Virus record (IMG/VR): IMGVR_UViG_3300043395_002359
Span: 1 to 64,000 of that record
Strand: one strand, 5' to 3'
DNA length: 64,000 nt
Source of the DNA: a virus
Of this stretch, positions 26,960 to 37,382 are shown piece after piece. Within the stretch, counting starts at the first letter, position 1; each line of letters opens with the position of its first letter. The translations under genes and the position numbers were made by a program. Below the pieces are notes generated by a model. It made no database searches, was not told the DNA's origin, and saw nothing but the letters and a program-made list of their open reading frames with translations.

Positions 26960-29605
26960 ATGGCAACTCCTCAGCAAAATCTTGACAGCGCCTATCCAGG
27001 AGCTGCTGATGGTGTAGCCGTACTTGACGAAACATCCGGTGATTACTGGGTGAAAAATTCTGGTATTTGGTCGAATATCGGCCCAATCCTGGGGGAGACC
27101 ATAGATATCGAGTATGACATACCTCCGTTTAGCCAGTCAATTTTAACAACAAATATTCTAAGAACATCTGTCAAGGTAAGGTCATTTTCCTATAGTTTTA
27201 CTCTGCCACTTCAGACGATTGCGGCAAGTGTCAGCACATCTATTGGCGTCTCTGTTATTAATCGTATATCAATTAGCGGACCAGCCACTGTAGCCATCCA
27301 GCCCCAGACGCCTTCGCGAGGGACTGGTGATGCCTATGTTCTGACTGGCACCGCTTCAATCGCTGTTGTTCAGTTCACTCCAGAAATCCTGTCAAGTTTA
27401 TATATACAAAATCCTAAAATTGTTAGTATTTCTGCATTTGCCCCTGGCACGCAAGCTCAAATAAAGGCCACGATGAAGGGTGTCTTGCTGATACCTCAGC
27501 TACCAACAGTAGATAATGTCATAACATTCCCACCGGCTTTGGTCCAGATCCAGGCACTAATTCCTTCAAAAATTGGAAGCTTTATTGCCCCTAATATAGT
27601 CAATATAGCAATAAATCGATTTATACCGGAAGTCATTATATCAATAAAAACAGCAACGGTCCTGATTGGTGCCTTCACTCCAAGAGTGCAGACACCAGTC
27701 AGGCTGACATCCTCAGTTGTCTTTCAACTTAAGGCAAACAAGCCCGACGACGGAAGCGGTATTATCATTACAACTACACTGGTGAATGTGGCCGGGCCCG
27801 TTCCAACCATAGATGCGTTTCCTGAGATATATCCAAACGCTCAATGGGGTGGCTGGACACTAAACTGGAACCAGGTAGAGGATAGCTATCAAGTATATAA
27901 CAGTACTTCTCAAGATATAGATATGATAAATATACTTGGATACCAAAGGTTGTCCAATGTCAGTACCACAACACCCCAGAATGGAGAGAGATCATCCGTA
28001 GTCAAAAGACAAGGCAACTATTCTGGACGTTTTTACCTGACAGGGCCTACCAATAATCCCATATTACAGGTATCAGATTCACTCATTAACCTATCAGATT
28101 ACCCATGGTTTGGATCTTACAATCCTGACATATTCCACTGGAGCCTTTTCAGTAATGCTACCTATGGATTATTTAGAGGCAAAAAAGATTGGTGCATTGA
28201 AATGTATGTTTATCCCTTGACAGAGAGCTTTACGGGAACAGCAGAAACTGCATCTAGACCATTAATTTGTAATGCGCTAGAAGGAACTCCCTACATTAGG
28301 GGATGGGATATTCATTTCAGGGGTACTGGCACCACAGGAACAGTCTACGCCAGGTTTAATGATGGAAACTATACTGCTAATCCAGTTGCAGTCGTTTTAA
28401 CCGTTCAATCAACGAATAACTTTAATGCTAATCAATGGAACTATGTTGCGGTTGCGAGAATAGGCGATCAAGTTGCCTGTAATGTTAATGGCGTGTGGGG
28501 AACTGTAGTCACTTATACAAATGATCTGGCATCAGTATTTGCGCAGAATGAGATCCAGACTTCAGTGTTTAGTGGCACCAGATGGATTGCTCACTGGCTC
28601 GGCAGATTCAGGAATGATGGCGGTACTGGCGCATTTACCGGTGATTCCAACAGGTTCTCTGGCTATATCAGTGAACTAAGATTCAACAAAGGAGAAATTC
28701 CTTTTACGAGTTTTACTAATTTCAGTATTACTCCCAGTACAAGCCCCGCCTTTCCTGCAAGCGTCCACAAGAGGACCGAGAATTCAGTGCCTTATTATCC
28801 GATCACTTCATTCTATGAAGAGAATATGTGGAGATGGTTCTGGGCAGTTCAGGACACATATGATGCAACAACTCTGGAAGAAGCTGTTAAGCAAACCGTA
28901 AATAGATTTATTATCAGGTGTAAAAAAGATGGCCTATGGAAATGCTTTACCGATTGCTACCTATTTATCGGCCCAAGAACACTCAATGGTGTTATAAAAA
29001 TTGGGCTTTATGGCTCCAACCCCGACGAGTGGCATATAGCTAATTCTGTAAGCACTGGTTTTGTAACTGGTGATTACAATAGAGAGACTGGAATCAAGGG
29101 AGATGGTGTCACTAAGTGGATAAGAACGGAAAGAGTTAATAATACATTTATTACTGACAATCATCATAGAGCGGCATGGGTCACGGAGGTTGGCACCGGC
29201 CCTATTTTTGCTGGTGGTGTGAATCAAATTGGTTCCACATATGTCGACTGGGTGCCGGGATACGGTGGAATTAGGCATGGCTTTGTTACCAATCAAAAAA
29301 CCATCAGTGGCGAGGACGCCTTGACGAGTAGTGGTGGTTTCGTTGGATTCAGCAGAAGCAAAACTAGCAGCTATGACTACATAGTACCCGGAGCCTCTGG
29401 AACCGTATACCAACAGTCTCAAACGCCATGGCTAGAGCCTGTGGAAATACTTGGAGCATCTATCGATCAGACAAGCAACTATCAAGTCGTGGCAAGGGGT
29501 TCTCATAGAATAGGCTTCTATTCACATGGATCAGCTCTTGACCTGGCCAGGTTAAAGCAAAGAGTGTCTCAGTTGATAACGGAAATGCAGGCAGCCATAA
29601 TATAA
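26960..29605 (+). CDS. Tail fibre-like protein with LamG domain; N-terminus paralogous to 19630
   Basis: PQQNLDSAYP...AVLDETSGDYWV shared; WCIEMYVYP...WNYVAVAR...GYISELRF. Confidence 0.8.
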   Translation: MATPQQNLDSAYPGAADGVAVLDETSGDYWVKNSGIWSNIGPILGETIDIEYDIPPFSQSILTTNILRTSVKVRSFSYSFTLPLQTIAASVSTSIGVSVINRISISGPATVAIQPQTPSRGTGDAYVLTGTASIAVVQFTPEILSSLYIQNPKIVSISAFAPGTQAQIKATMKGVLLIPQLPTVDNVITFPPALVQIQALIPSKIGSFIAPNIVNIAINRFIPEVIISIKTATVLIGAFTPRVQTPVRLTSSVVFQLKANKPDDGSGIIITTTLVNVAGPVPTIDAFPEIYPNAQWGGWTLNWNQVEDSYQVYNSTSQDIDMINILGYQRLSNVSTTTPQNGERSSVVKRQGNYSGRFYLTGPTNNPILQVSDSLINLSDYPWFGSYNPDIFHWSLFSNATYGLFRGKKDWCIEMYVYPLTESFTGTAETASRPLICNALEGTPYIRGWDIHFRGTGTTGTVYARFNDGNYTANPVAVVLTVQSTNNFNANQWNYVAVARIGDQVACNVNGVWGTVVTYTNDLASVFAQNEIQTSVFSGTRWIAHWLGRFRNDGGTGAFTGDSNRFSGYISELRFNKGEIPFTSFTNFSITPSTSPAFPASVHKRTENSVPYYPITSFYEENMWRWFWAVQDTYDATTLEEAVKQTVNRFIIRCKKDGLWKCFTDCYLFIGPRTLNGVIKIGLYGSNPDEWHIANSVSTGFVTGDYNRETGIKGDGVTKWIRTERVNNTFITDNHHRAAWVTEVGTGPIFAGGVNQIGSTYVDWVPGYGGIRHGFVTNQKTISGEDALTSSGGFVGFSRSKTSSYDYIVPGASGTVYQQSQTPWLEPVEILGASIDQTSNYQVVARGSHRIGFYSHGSALDLARLKQRVSQLITEMQAAII

Positions 29606-29649
29606 ATTGTTTGGCATACTAGTCAAGATCATCAACGGGATTAACAAAC

Positions 29650-30126
29650 GTGGCTGTTACGGTATCGGTTTATAATCAAGCCGCTGCTTTGTTTGCTCAG
29701 GGTGCGATAAATGCTGCTGGGACCTTCACCCAGCCAGAAACTGCTGATAAATACAAAGTAGCTCTATATACGAATATTGCGGCTCCATTTACTGCTGCTG
29801 ATGTCAGCCTTGCCGCCCTGACCGGAGGCACTTACACGGAAGTCGTAAACTCTGGCTATACTGCTGGCGGCCTGGAGCTTACCGGCGTGACTGTTACTCA
29901 GTCGGCCAATGACGCGACATTAGATGCGAATGACGCTAGCTGGACTGCGACTGGTGCAGCGATCGATGCAGCATTTGCTATCCTGTATCGAAAGTCAAAG
30001 ACTGGGGACTTGATTGATAGGCCTTTATTGCATATCAACTTTGGTCAGACTGAAACAGCGGCGGCTGGAACCGATTTCAAAATTGTCTGGTCGGCAAGCG
30101 GTATCTTTAGCTTCGTTGTGACCTGA
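29650..30126 (+). CDS. Virion structural protein (tail-associated)
   Basis: KVALYT...GYTAGG..LT...DANDASWTA...GTDFKIVW motif typical of phage tail proteins. Confidence 0.7.
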   Translation: MAVTVSVYNQAAALFAQGAINAAGTFTQPETADKYKVALYTNIAAPFTAADVSLAALTGGTYTEVVNSGYTAGGLELTGVTVTQSANDATLDANDASWTATGAAIDAAFAILYRKSKTGDLIDRPLLHINFGQTETAAAGTDFKIVWSASGIFSFVVT

Positions 30127-30128
30127 TT

Positions 30129-30791
30129 ATGTCGATATCTACATCGATCAGTAATAATGAATTAAGACGCCTGGCTGTTCGTGCGTACGAGGGCAAAACC
30201 TTGTGGGTTCGCCTTTGCAGTCAAGTGACTACTACATATGATCAGAATAGTCCTGTCTCCTCCTGGCTAAGCCTGGAGTTGGCGCAGACTCAGGGCTATG
30301 CTCCATTTTCTGCAACGATAGGCTCGGGTCAGTATGATGGCCCTACTGGCAAGTACAAACTTCCTTCGATAGATGCCCCGTTTAATTGCACTAGTGGTGT
30401 AATTACATACAACAATGTTTTGGTTTATATTGATGATTACGTAGACGGCACTGAAACCTATACCGGCACAAACGTGTCGTTTCAGACAAGTCTCAATACG
30501 ATAACCAGAACAAGTGGCACGTTTGTCGGGCTTCTTGAGAGTGGCTCCTACGTGAAGGTTGAAGGTTCTGGTGGAAATGATGGGACATATCTTGTGTCCA
30601 GTGTAGCGGCTCTGACCGTCACTCTTGATGCCAGTACTCCCTTAACTATTACAGAAGGGGCTGGCGCTAGTGTCACGCTGACTAAGCAAACACTATATCC
30701 CTATGCAATTATTGAGGAAATTCCGAACATAGCATTAGCCGAGGGGCAAACACAGACTTACAGGGTAGAGCTAAGCACAGATGATGCTTAG
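30129..30791 (+). CDS. Virion structural protein
   Basis: Beta-rich; GSGGNDGTYLV motif; operon position. Confidence 0.6.
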   Translation: MSISTSISNNELRRLAVRAYEGKTLWVRLCSQVTTTYDQNSPVSSWLSLELAQTQGYAPFSATIGSGQYDGPTGKYKLPSIDAPFNCTSGVITYNNVLVYIDDYVDGTETYTGTNVSFQTSLNTITRTSGTFVGLLESGSYVKVEGSGGNDGTYLVSSVAALTVTLDASTPLTITEGAGASVTLTKQTLYPYAIIEEIPNIALAEGQTQTYRVELSTDDA

Positions 30792-30793
30792 AT

Positions 30794-33700
30794 ATGGCTA
30801 TCAATGTTCAGATAAACGTTGATTTAAGTAATTTATCTCAAAGGGCAATTGAGCAGGCGGTTGCCGATAGAGCTGCTCAGATTCAGAGCGAAGAGGAAGC
30901 CAAGATAAAGAGAGAAGCCCTTGAGGCTAAGACCAACAGACTAGAAGAGAGGCGACAGGACTCAAAGGGAATAGAGGATATGCCTACTTGGCGGTCAAAG
31001 CCACCAAGACTTGAGCTTAGCAGCTACGCTATTAAACAAAAAAATTGGAATATGATGTGGTTTCGCGTTGAAAATGCGCCAAGCCAAAGGCGCTTGCGTG
31101 CCTATATTAGTAATTCGGAAGGCTCTAGCTTTAGGGAGCTTAACCTTGACTGGGCGATGGAATCTTCTCTTTTGCCAATAAACGGAGACCCAGCATCTCC
31201 GGTGGACGAAGAAATACCCACTCCTTCCTCTTACTTGGAATCATTCCTTCCGGATTGGGTTGAGCCCAAAAATTTACATAAAGTAGATGATATGCCGCCG
31301 TTTAGCACGTTTGTGGTTCCAAGAATAGTTGCAGGAAATAACGCAAATGGCTTCTCTTTAGCAAAGCAGCTAGACAATTGGATTTATAATCCATGGTTTA
31401 TGGGTTTAAGTCTTAGCAAGACTGGGCCCTTTGTCCAAGTCCAGAGAGTTTTGTGGGAAAAGATTCAAGACTCAGGTGGAACACGCATAGCCCTGTTACC
31501 ATTGATAGACGATATCGCTGTTGCTGTCGTCTTCACTGAAACCATCGTCAAAAGTAGAAGTATAGATTTCTTTAGAATAAAACAAGGAGGGGGAACGATT
31601 GCGGCTAATTCGCCGAGATCGGTAAGTATTCCCAGTGTATACAGATACGCCCAGAGTATCAGGGGGAATGGGGAGCAGGGCACCCAGGAGACTCCAACCT
31701 GGGAGTTCCTGATTGGCAGGATACCAGGCGGTTTTGGGGCTATCAAGTCAGTGACAGCTCGAATGGCTCCAAGAAATCCAGAAGGTGAACAGATCGCTGA
31801 TGGCACTAAAACCATTGGTCTAACTAATTTTGACCAGACACATAGTATTAAGTTTGCTCTTTGTACCTCGGGAAGCTTCCCGCAGCATTACAGGCAATAC
31901 TATGCCGACAAAGATGTCAGGAGCCAGCAAGCAAAGATAAGGACCGTGCTGACAGATGCTGAAAAAGATAAAACAAAATGGACATGGGCCCCATGTAAAT
32001 TTGTTAGCCCAATAATGACTATTGGGACTGACCCCAGGGTTTATCATCCCAGTCCGTTCTTGCCAGACGGCCAAGTCAATAATTGCGACGGGACAGGCTA
32101 CGACCTATCAAAACGAGGGTGGGATGATACCGAGTATTATTCTGATTTGTTTTATAATTATTCTACAGGGACTACGACCAATAAAAGGGTTTATCGAGGG
32201 TGGTCTAAAACCTGGGGCTCTGAAACTGGGCAAACTCCAGCTACGTTTAAAGCTGTTTACGAGGGTGACTATTTATTTGTAAGGATCTTAGAAGTAGAGT
32301 GGAATAACCAATCTTCTTATTGTCAAAGTCAGTATGGAACGACAAGAATCGCCCCGTACGAGGAGATCACAGAAGGAGACCGGTATACCGGCAATCATAA
32401 CAGTCCGCAGAATTGGACGGAATCGCTGTATTTAACAATAGAACTTGAAGATGGCTCAGCAATAGAAGTCAACTTGTCGGGCGGAAATACCGTTTTTAAC
32501 TATAAAGAAACTGCGCATGTAATGCAAGACTCGGAGTTGATATCATATCACAATGATGTGAACGGAGTAGAGCCTACTGTCAGATGCTTCGTCGTAAGCG
32601 ATGTCGCGCTGGAGGAAATAGAGCCACCTCAAACCCTTAAAGCTAATATAGGCCAACTGTTCAACAGGCTCTACCAACAGGGCGAGGACGAATTCTATGC
32701 AGCTAACATATTAGAGGGCGAGAATCAAAGCAATTTATCTTATGGAGATTATGCGGATAGCGTCTATCACTACAAGTACGGACCACTGCCAGGCAAGAAT
32801 TTACTTGCAGATGGTCACGGCAAGTCACTTGCTCGCTGGCTTCCTTTTAGCCCAGTACCTCAAGGTTATTCCCTGGAAGAGGACTACGGATCGCCGCCAG
32901 TAAAAGTAAAGAGCTCATATCCAGGAATCGAAGACGAAGAATCTGTATTAGCTACTCTACCTGTGATTCCAAGGGATGCTTTATACTCGCTTGGAAATAA
33001 TAGCTATAAATCGTGGATGGAATGCGCCTCACTTAATGTACTTGATTACAGAGGAGGGCAGCCACTCAAGGGCAAATCGTATATATTCTCGGTTTACGTT
33101 AAAGTAAATGATGTTGGAGCTAAAGATAATGGTATATACCCAGATGAAGTGAAAGAGTGCGAAGGAACTCTGGACGACAACGGAGGGAAGCTGGAAGTAA
33201 CGGGCGAAGAAGGAAAAGCCCTAATATGCCTGCAGCAGGTTGTCCCAAAAGCAAATAAATTCTACATAAGTAAATATACTGTACAGGAAGTAGAAATTGG
33301 TTCTTGGTACAGGATTTGGATGAAAATGACATGCAAGGGTGGTGATATTTTTAGGATAGATAACTGGAATGGCAACCATCTGTCTTATTTGCAAATGGAG
33401 GTATTTGGCCCCCAGCTCGAGAGTACCGAAAAAGAAAAGCCTACAGATAAGGATAAGAACGACAAGCCTACAGATTACTTGCCAAGGGGTGATTTTGCGC
33501 AGGTTTACAGGAGTGGTGTCTATACAGATGCCGTTGCAAAAGGCAACGCTTACAACAGTATCGGCACTGAAACTGCTGGCTGGGTTTATGACCCAAACGC
33601 CATACCTGTAGATGGAGTTTTCATGAGCCAAGGCATTGGCTTTGAAAGCATATATCAGCAAGGAGATAGTGGGACCCTTAACGCTCAAAGTGTTGTTAAT

Positions 33701-34630
33701 AATCTTGGAGCCGACAGCAACTCTAACTTGTTTCCGGAAGAGGAAGGGAGAGTCTCTAAATGGTCACCAGCCGCGTATTCCGATCTAGGTGTTGAATCTC
33801 CAATAACTTCTGGTGCGTATAAATCAGATATTGGTGGCGCATCAACAGCGAGATGCGATGTTGGCGCTCCGCAATTCAATGAAGGACCTCTAGCAGACAG
33901 AAAGAACGAAACGTTCCAGTCGGTAAACGATCAACCTGCTACGTATTACGAATCTTTGTATAAAATTTCCAACGAAAAGATAGAAACTGGCAAGATTAAT
34001 AGTTCAAGTACCAATGATTATGCAGGTCTTAATGGGTCTACATCTAAAGTAAGAATGACCAGCAATAACTGCGCCACGCCACCATGGAAGTACGGAGACT
34101 TAGATGCAAGCGATCCGGAGTACTCCGTCAACGGAAACCCTGATTATGATTCAGACAGAAGACTTGTATCTGGATGCCTAGAGCAAGGTTACTCAAGCGA
34201 TAATGGCAAGTACAATAGTAACCTGGGCAAGGCTACTGGTTCAATGTATGGGGTCAATAGCGCAGAGTGTGTCACCTATGCTCAGTATGGCCCCGGAGGT
34301 ACGCCTCTGGGAGCCCCGGAACTGGGAGGAGGATCAAGCTCTCTTGCGGGCACAGCCGAAGGAGCGCAAGGCCAACAGGCCGAAAGAGATCAGTGCAAAT
34401 TTATCATGGATAAAGCCAAAAAGATGCAAGGATGGCTGAAAAATCAAAACTATATGATGTCTGAATTGCTTTTAAGAGGAGAGGCCACATCTCTGCCTGG
34501 GGTGATTCAATATACTTCATGGGGAAATCTAGAAAGGAATGCCAAGTCGCTCGAGAGCCTTGGGTTTGATGCGGAAGTAATACTTGGTATAGGCACCAAT
34601 ACTCCAGTCGATGAGGAGATACAGACGTAA
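30794..34630 (+). CDS. Large hypothetical virion protein (1278 aa)
   Basis: N-terminal coiled coil; YIFSVYVK...WYRIW...VFGPQLE carbohydrate-binding-like segment. Confidence 0.7.
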   Translation: MAINVQINVDLSNLSQRAIEQAVADRAAQIQSEEEAKIKREALEAKTNRLEERRQDSKGIEDMPTWRSKPPRLELSSYAIKQKNWNMMWFRVENAPSQRRLRAYISNSEGSSFRELNLDWAMESSLLPINGDPASPVDEEIPTPSSYLESFLPDWVEPKNLHKVDDMPPFSTFVVPRIVAGNNANGFSLAKQLDNWIYNPWFMGLSLSKTGPFVQVQRVLWEKIQDSGGTRIALLPLIDDIAVAVVFTETIVKSRSIDFFRIKQGGGTIAANSPRSVSIPSVYRYAQSIRGNGEQGTQETPTWEFLIGRIPGGFGAIKSVTARMAPRNPEGEQIADGTKTIGLTNFDQTHSIKFALCTSGSFPQHYRQYYADKDVRSQQAKIRTVLTDAEKDKTKWTWAPCKFVSPIMTIGTDPRVYHPSPFLPDGQVNNCDGTGYDLSKRGWDDTEYYSDLFYNYSTGTTTNKRVYRGWSKTWGSETGQTPATFKAVYEGDYLFVRILEVEWNNQSSYCQSQYGTTRIAPYEEITEGDRYTGNHNSPQNWTESLYLTIELEDGSAIEVNLSGGNTVFNYKETAHVMQDSELISYHNDVNGVEPTVRCFVVSDVALEEIEPPQTLKANIGQLFNRLYQQGEDEFYAANILEGENQSNLSYGDYADSVYHYKYGPLPGKNLLADGHGKSLARWLPFSPVPQGYSLEEDYGSPPVKVKSSYPGIEDEESVLATLPVIPRDALYSLGNNSYKSWMECASLNVLDYRGGQPLKGKSYIFSVYVKVNDVGAKDNGIYPDEVKECEGTLDDNGGKLEVTGEEGKALICLQQVVPKANKFYISKYTVQEVEIGSWYRIWMKMTCKGGDIFRIDNWNGNHLSYLQMEVFGPQLESTEKEKPTDKDKNDKPTDYLPRGDFAQVYRSGVYTDAVAKGNAYNSIGTETAGWVYDPNAIPVDGVFMSQGIGFESIYQQGDSGTLNAQSVVNNLGADSNSNLFPEEEGRVSKWSPAAYSDLGVESPITSGAYKSDIGGASTARCDVGAPQFNEGPLADRKNETFQSVNDQPATYYESLYKISNEKIETGKINSSSTNDYAGLNGSTSKVRMTSNNCATPPWKYGDLDASDPEYSVNGNPDYDSDRRLVSGCLEQGYSSDNGKYNSNLGKATGSMYGVNSAECVTYAQYGPGGTPLGAPELGGGSSSLAGTAEGAQGQQAERDQCKFIMDKAKKMQGWLKNQNYMMSELLLRGEATSLPGVIQYTSWGNLERNAKSLESLGFDAEVILGIGTNTPVDEEIQT

Positions 34631-34667
34631 AGCCAGGACATTTATTGGAAGATTAGCTTATAGTTGA

Positions 34668-34853
34668 TTGCTTTATAGCAGAATGGATGACAATATTCCC
34701 GGAATAGTTGTAGACAGTCTTGCTGTAACTTTAGCGAACAGAGAATCACTAGCGAGAAAGACAGCAAGGGATAACATTATTAAATATGCGGAAAACAGCA
34801 CATCTAGCAAGATTACCAGCAATACATCGTCCCTAGGTAGTCGTATTCATTGA
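34668..34853 (+). CDS. Small hypothetical protein
   Basis: Fills the gap; GGAAGATTA motif variant upstream. Confidence 0.4.
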   Translation: MLYSRMDDNIPGIVVDSLAVTLANRESLARKTARDNIIKYAENSTSSKITSNTSSLGSRIH

Positions 34854-34909
34854 GTCCTATAATTAATTAGGCATCCTAATCCGCCCCTTAGGCGAGATGC
34901 CTAGCTACA

Positions 34910-35662
34910 ATGGAAGAAACCCTGCAGTTTACCGAAGACCAGCAACAGCTTGAGACAGGCGGCGCTGGCGCAAGTGAAACTACTTCTAGTGATCAAAACG
35001 AAAGCCGTAATTACTCAGAAGAAGAGGTCCAAAATCTGCTTAAAGCCCTCAAGGCCGAGCGCGAGTCCAGGAAAATTTACGAAAAAGAGGTAAAAGAAAA
35101 AAGCCAGCAACTTGAAAAGTTTGCTCAAATCAACCCTGACGAATATCGAAAGTTACAAGAAGAAGCTGCAATAGCGGCCAGAGAAAAGGCCGCTGCAGAT
35201 GAACGGACCGCCCTGCTTGAAGAGAAGTATGGTGCCCAGGCAGCCGAGGCATTAAAACAGAGAGACGAAAGAACCAAGGAATTGCTTGAGTTCAGAAAAA
35301 GATATGCGCTGGAGAAGGTCTTTTTCGCCGCCGGCGGTCGTACCGATTCTGCGGATGGGGTGTCATTTTTTGACATGCTTGCCAACCAGATTGGTAATCA
35401 ATTCCGACTTGAGCCCGATGGCAACATTACTGTTGTCGATTACCAAGGCGACCCTGTCCTTGATAAGGATTCCGGTCGGCGCATCACGCCAGAAGATTAC
35501 CTTTCGAAGTTTAAAACCCACGCGATCTACGGAACCTTTTTTAAGGGTAACAAGGGATCTGGCGCTGGGATTGGATATGGCGGCACGAACGCAAGTGGTA
35601 TGCCCACTGAAGACTTGCACGCATTGAGTAGCGAAGAGCTATTCCAGAAGGCCTTTGGCTGA
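34910..35662 (+). CDS. Capsid scaffolding protein
   Basis: Acidic N-terminus, coiled coil, GSGAG near the C-terminus, directly before the capsid gene. Confidence 0.8.
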   Translation: MEETLQFTEDQQQLETGGAGASETTSSDQNESRNYSEEEVQNLLKALKAERESRKIYEKEVKEKSQQLEKFAQINPDEYRKLQEEAAIAAREKAAADERTALLEEKYGAQAAEALKQRDERTKELLEFRKRYALEKVFFAAGGRTDSADGVSFFDMLANQIGNQFRLEPDGNITVVDYQGDPVLDKDSGRRITPEDYLSKFKTHAIYGTFFKGNKGSGAGIGYGGTNASGMPTEDLHALSSEELFQKAFG

Positions 35663-35693
35663 TAAATTAGCAAAACTTAATAATTAAGTTATG

Positions 35694-35718
35694 AACCGGC
35701 CCTAAAAAGGCCGGTTTT
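35694..35718 (+). terminator. Intrinsic terminator
   Basis: AACCGGCC-CTAAAAA-GGCCGGTTTT. Confidence 0.7.
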
Positions 35719-35859
35719 ATAATTATTTAGGTAGTCTAAGGCGAGTACCCAGCCCTGAATTGGTTGTGATGACCTATCGGGGAGGGTCTAGCGCGATGGA
35801 TGTGACATCCTGAAGCGATTTACCTTTCCTGTCAACCGTTCATCCGCCAATTATTTGCT

Positions 35860-36753
35860 ATGGCACTTACTCTTGCAGAGGCTAAAAAGCACTCTACTAA
35901 TCCCCAGGAACTGGCAATCATCACCGAACTGGCTGCCGGCCCCCTGCTCCAGAACCTGCCCTTCCGCGAAGTGCAAGGTAATGGTCTGTTCTGGAAGCGT
36001 GAAGAGTCCCTCGGTGATGTGGGCTTCCGTGCTTTCAACGAAGGCTACGCCGAGAGCTATGCCACCGTCAAACAGCACAGCGAAGCTCTGAAGCTGTTCG
36101 GTGGTGACATCAAGGTTGACCGTGCTATCGTTGAGCTGGAGGGTCCCGAGGCCCGCGCTTATCAGATCCAGGCCAAGACTCGCGCCATGCGCCTGTCCTT
36201 CGAGGCTCTGTTCATCAACGGTGACTCCAACAGCAGCTCTGCTCAGTTCGACGGCCTTGCTCGTCGCCTGGTGTCTGGCTCCAGCCAGTATGTCAGCAAT
36301 GGCGGTGGCGCCCTTGATCTTGGCAAGCTTGATGAGGCCCTTGATGCTGTGGACGCCCAAGGCGGTCAGAAGTATCTGGTCATGTCCAAGTCGGCCCGTC
36401 GTCATCTGAGCAAGCACGCCCGTGCTACCACTCAGATCGACATTGAGCGCAACGACTTTGGTTACCAGCAACTGTTCTACGGCGGCGTGCCCGTGCTCGA
36501 GCTGGATCGCGACCATCAGAACGTGGCCATCCTGGACGCTACCCCCAGCAACCAGTCGATCTATGTTGTCGCCTTCGGCAACGACCTGCTGACTGGTCTG
36601 CAAAACGGCGGTCCCCAAGTCCGTGACCTGGGTGAAGCAACCGATTCGCCTGTTCTGGTTACTAGAGTGGAGTGGTATTGTGGCATGGCTCTTATTAACG
36701 GTAGGGCTGCTGCTCGCCTGGCTGGTGTTGACGCTACTGCAGCCGTTGCCTGA
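35860..36753 (+). CDS. Major capsid protein
   Basis: Strong codon bias; LLQNLPF, FRAFNEGY, FINGD...FDGLARRL, TRVEWYCGMA...AAARL. Confidence 0.9.
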   Translation: MALTLAEAKKHSTNPQELAIITELAAGPLLQNLPFREVQGNGLFWKREESLGDVGFRAFNEGYAESYATVKQHSEALKLFGGDIKVDRAIVELEGPEARAYQIQAKTRAMRLSFEALFINGDSNSSSAQFDGLARRLVSGSSQYVSNGGGALDLGKLDEALDAVDAQGGQKYLVMSKSARRHLSKHARATTQIDIERNDFGYQQLFYGGVPVLELDRDHQNVAILDATPSNQSIYVVAFGNDLLTGLQNGGPQVRDLGEATDSPVLVTRVEWYCGMALINGRAAARLAGVDATAAVA

Positions 36754-36771
36754 TAAGTTCGGCAAATAAGC

Positions 36772-36795
36772 AAAAGGCCCTTCGGGGCCTTTTTT
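36772..36795 (+). terminator. Intrinsic terminator after the capsid gene
   Basis: AAAAGGCCC-TTCG-GGGCCTTTTTT. Confidence 0.9.
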
Positions 36796-36833
36796 ATTGT
36801 TTATGGAAACCTATTACAGGCTTATTACTGGCT

Positions 36834-37049
36834 ATGGATTTCTCTCAGTCGATCGCTCAAATTAGAGATGATGTCCATAATATTGGCGGGTTGAATGTGC
36901 CTGCTTATGACTATACCGAGAATTCTTATACGTCTGGCAATTTAACGCAAGTCGTCTATAAGAGCGGTGGTGCTTCTGGTACGATTGTTGCTACATTGAC
37001 CTTGGCCTATGACGGCAGTGGCAACCTGACTAGCGTTACCAGGACCTAG
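36834..37049 (+). CDS. Small virion protein
   Basis: SGNLTQVVYKSGG...LTLAYDGSGNLTSV. Confidence 0.7.
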   Translation: MDFSQSIAQIRDDVHNIGGLNVPAYDYTENSYTSGNLTQVVYKSGGASGTIVATLTLAYDGSGNLTSVTRT

Positions 37050-37097
37050 TAATTTAGCTGATAATTCTGGCAATCTATAGCAGGTATTTTTTCGATC

Positions 37098-37382
37098 ATG
37101 CTGGCTAACAATCCTGTCGTTATTGATAACGAGACCTACGATCAGCTTGGTATTAACCTGGCAGTGACCTATCGTGTTACTGGTAATGGTACGGGTGATG
37201 CTAGCGTGGCGATGCGTATTGTGCCTTCTCGCATTGACCAGGACGGTAACGTGATTACGGCAGACGAGGCTGCAATGGGCATCTCGGTTGCAACGCTTGA
37301 TGGTGTCGACCAGGATGCTGTTACGGCAGTGGATGCCGTGAAGGCCGCCATCGAAGCATATCTCGCTGCTAAGGGTATCTGA
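37098..37382 (+). CDS. Hypothetical virion/fibre-associated protein
   Basis: Coupled to the next gene; late motif upstream. Confidence 0.7.
   Translation: MLANNPVVIDNETYDQLGINLAVTYRVTGNGTGDASVAMRIVPSRIDQDGNVITADEAAMGISVATLDGVDQDAVTAVDAVKAAIEAYLAAKGI

Noticed and set aside
35851-36765. 304-aa antisense ORF over the capsid gene, and a similar one over the tail tube gene
   Set aside because: Expected from strong codon bias on the sense strand; no recognisable motifs.
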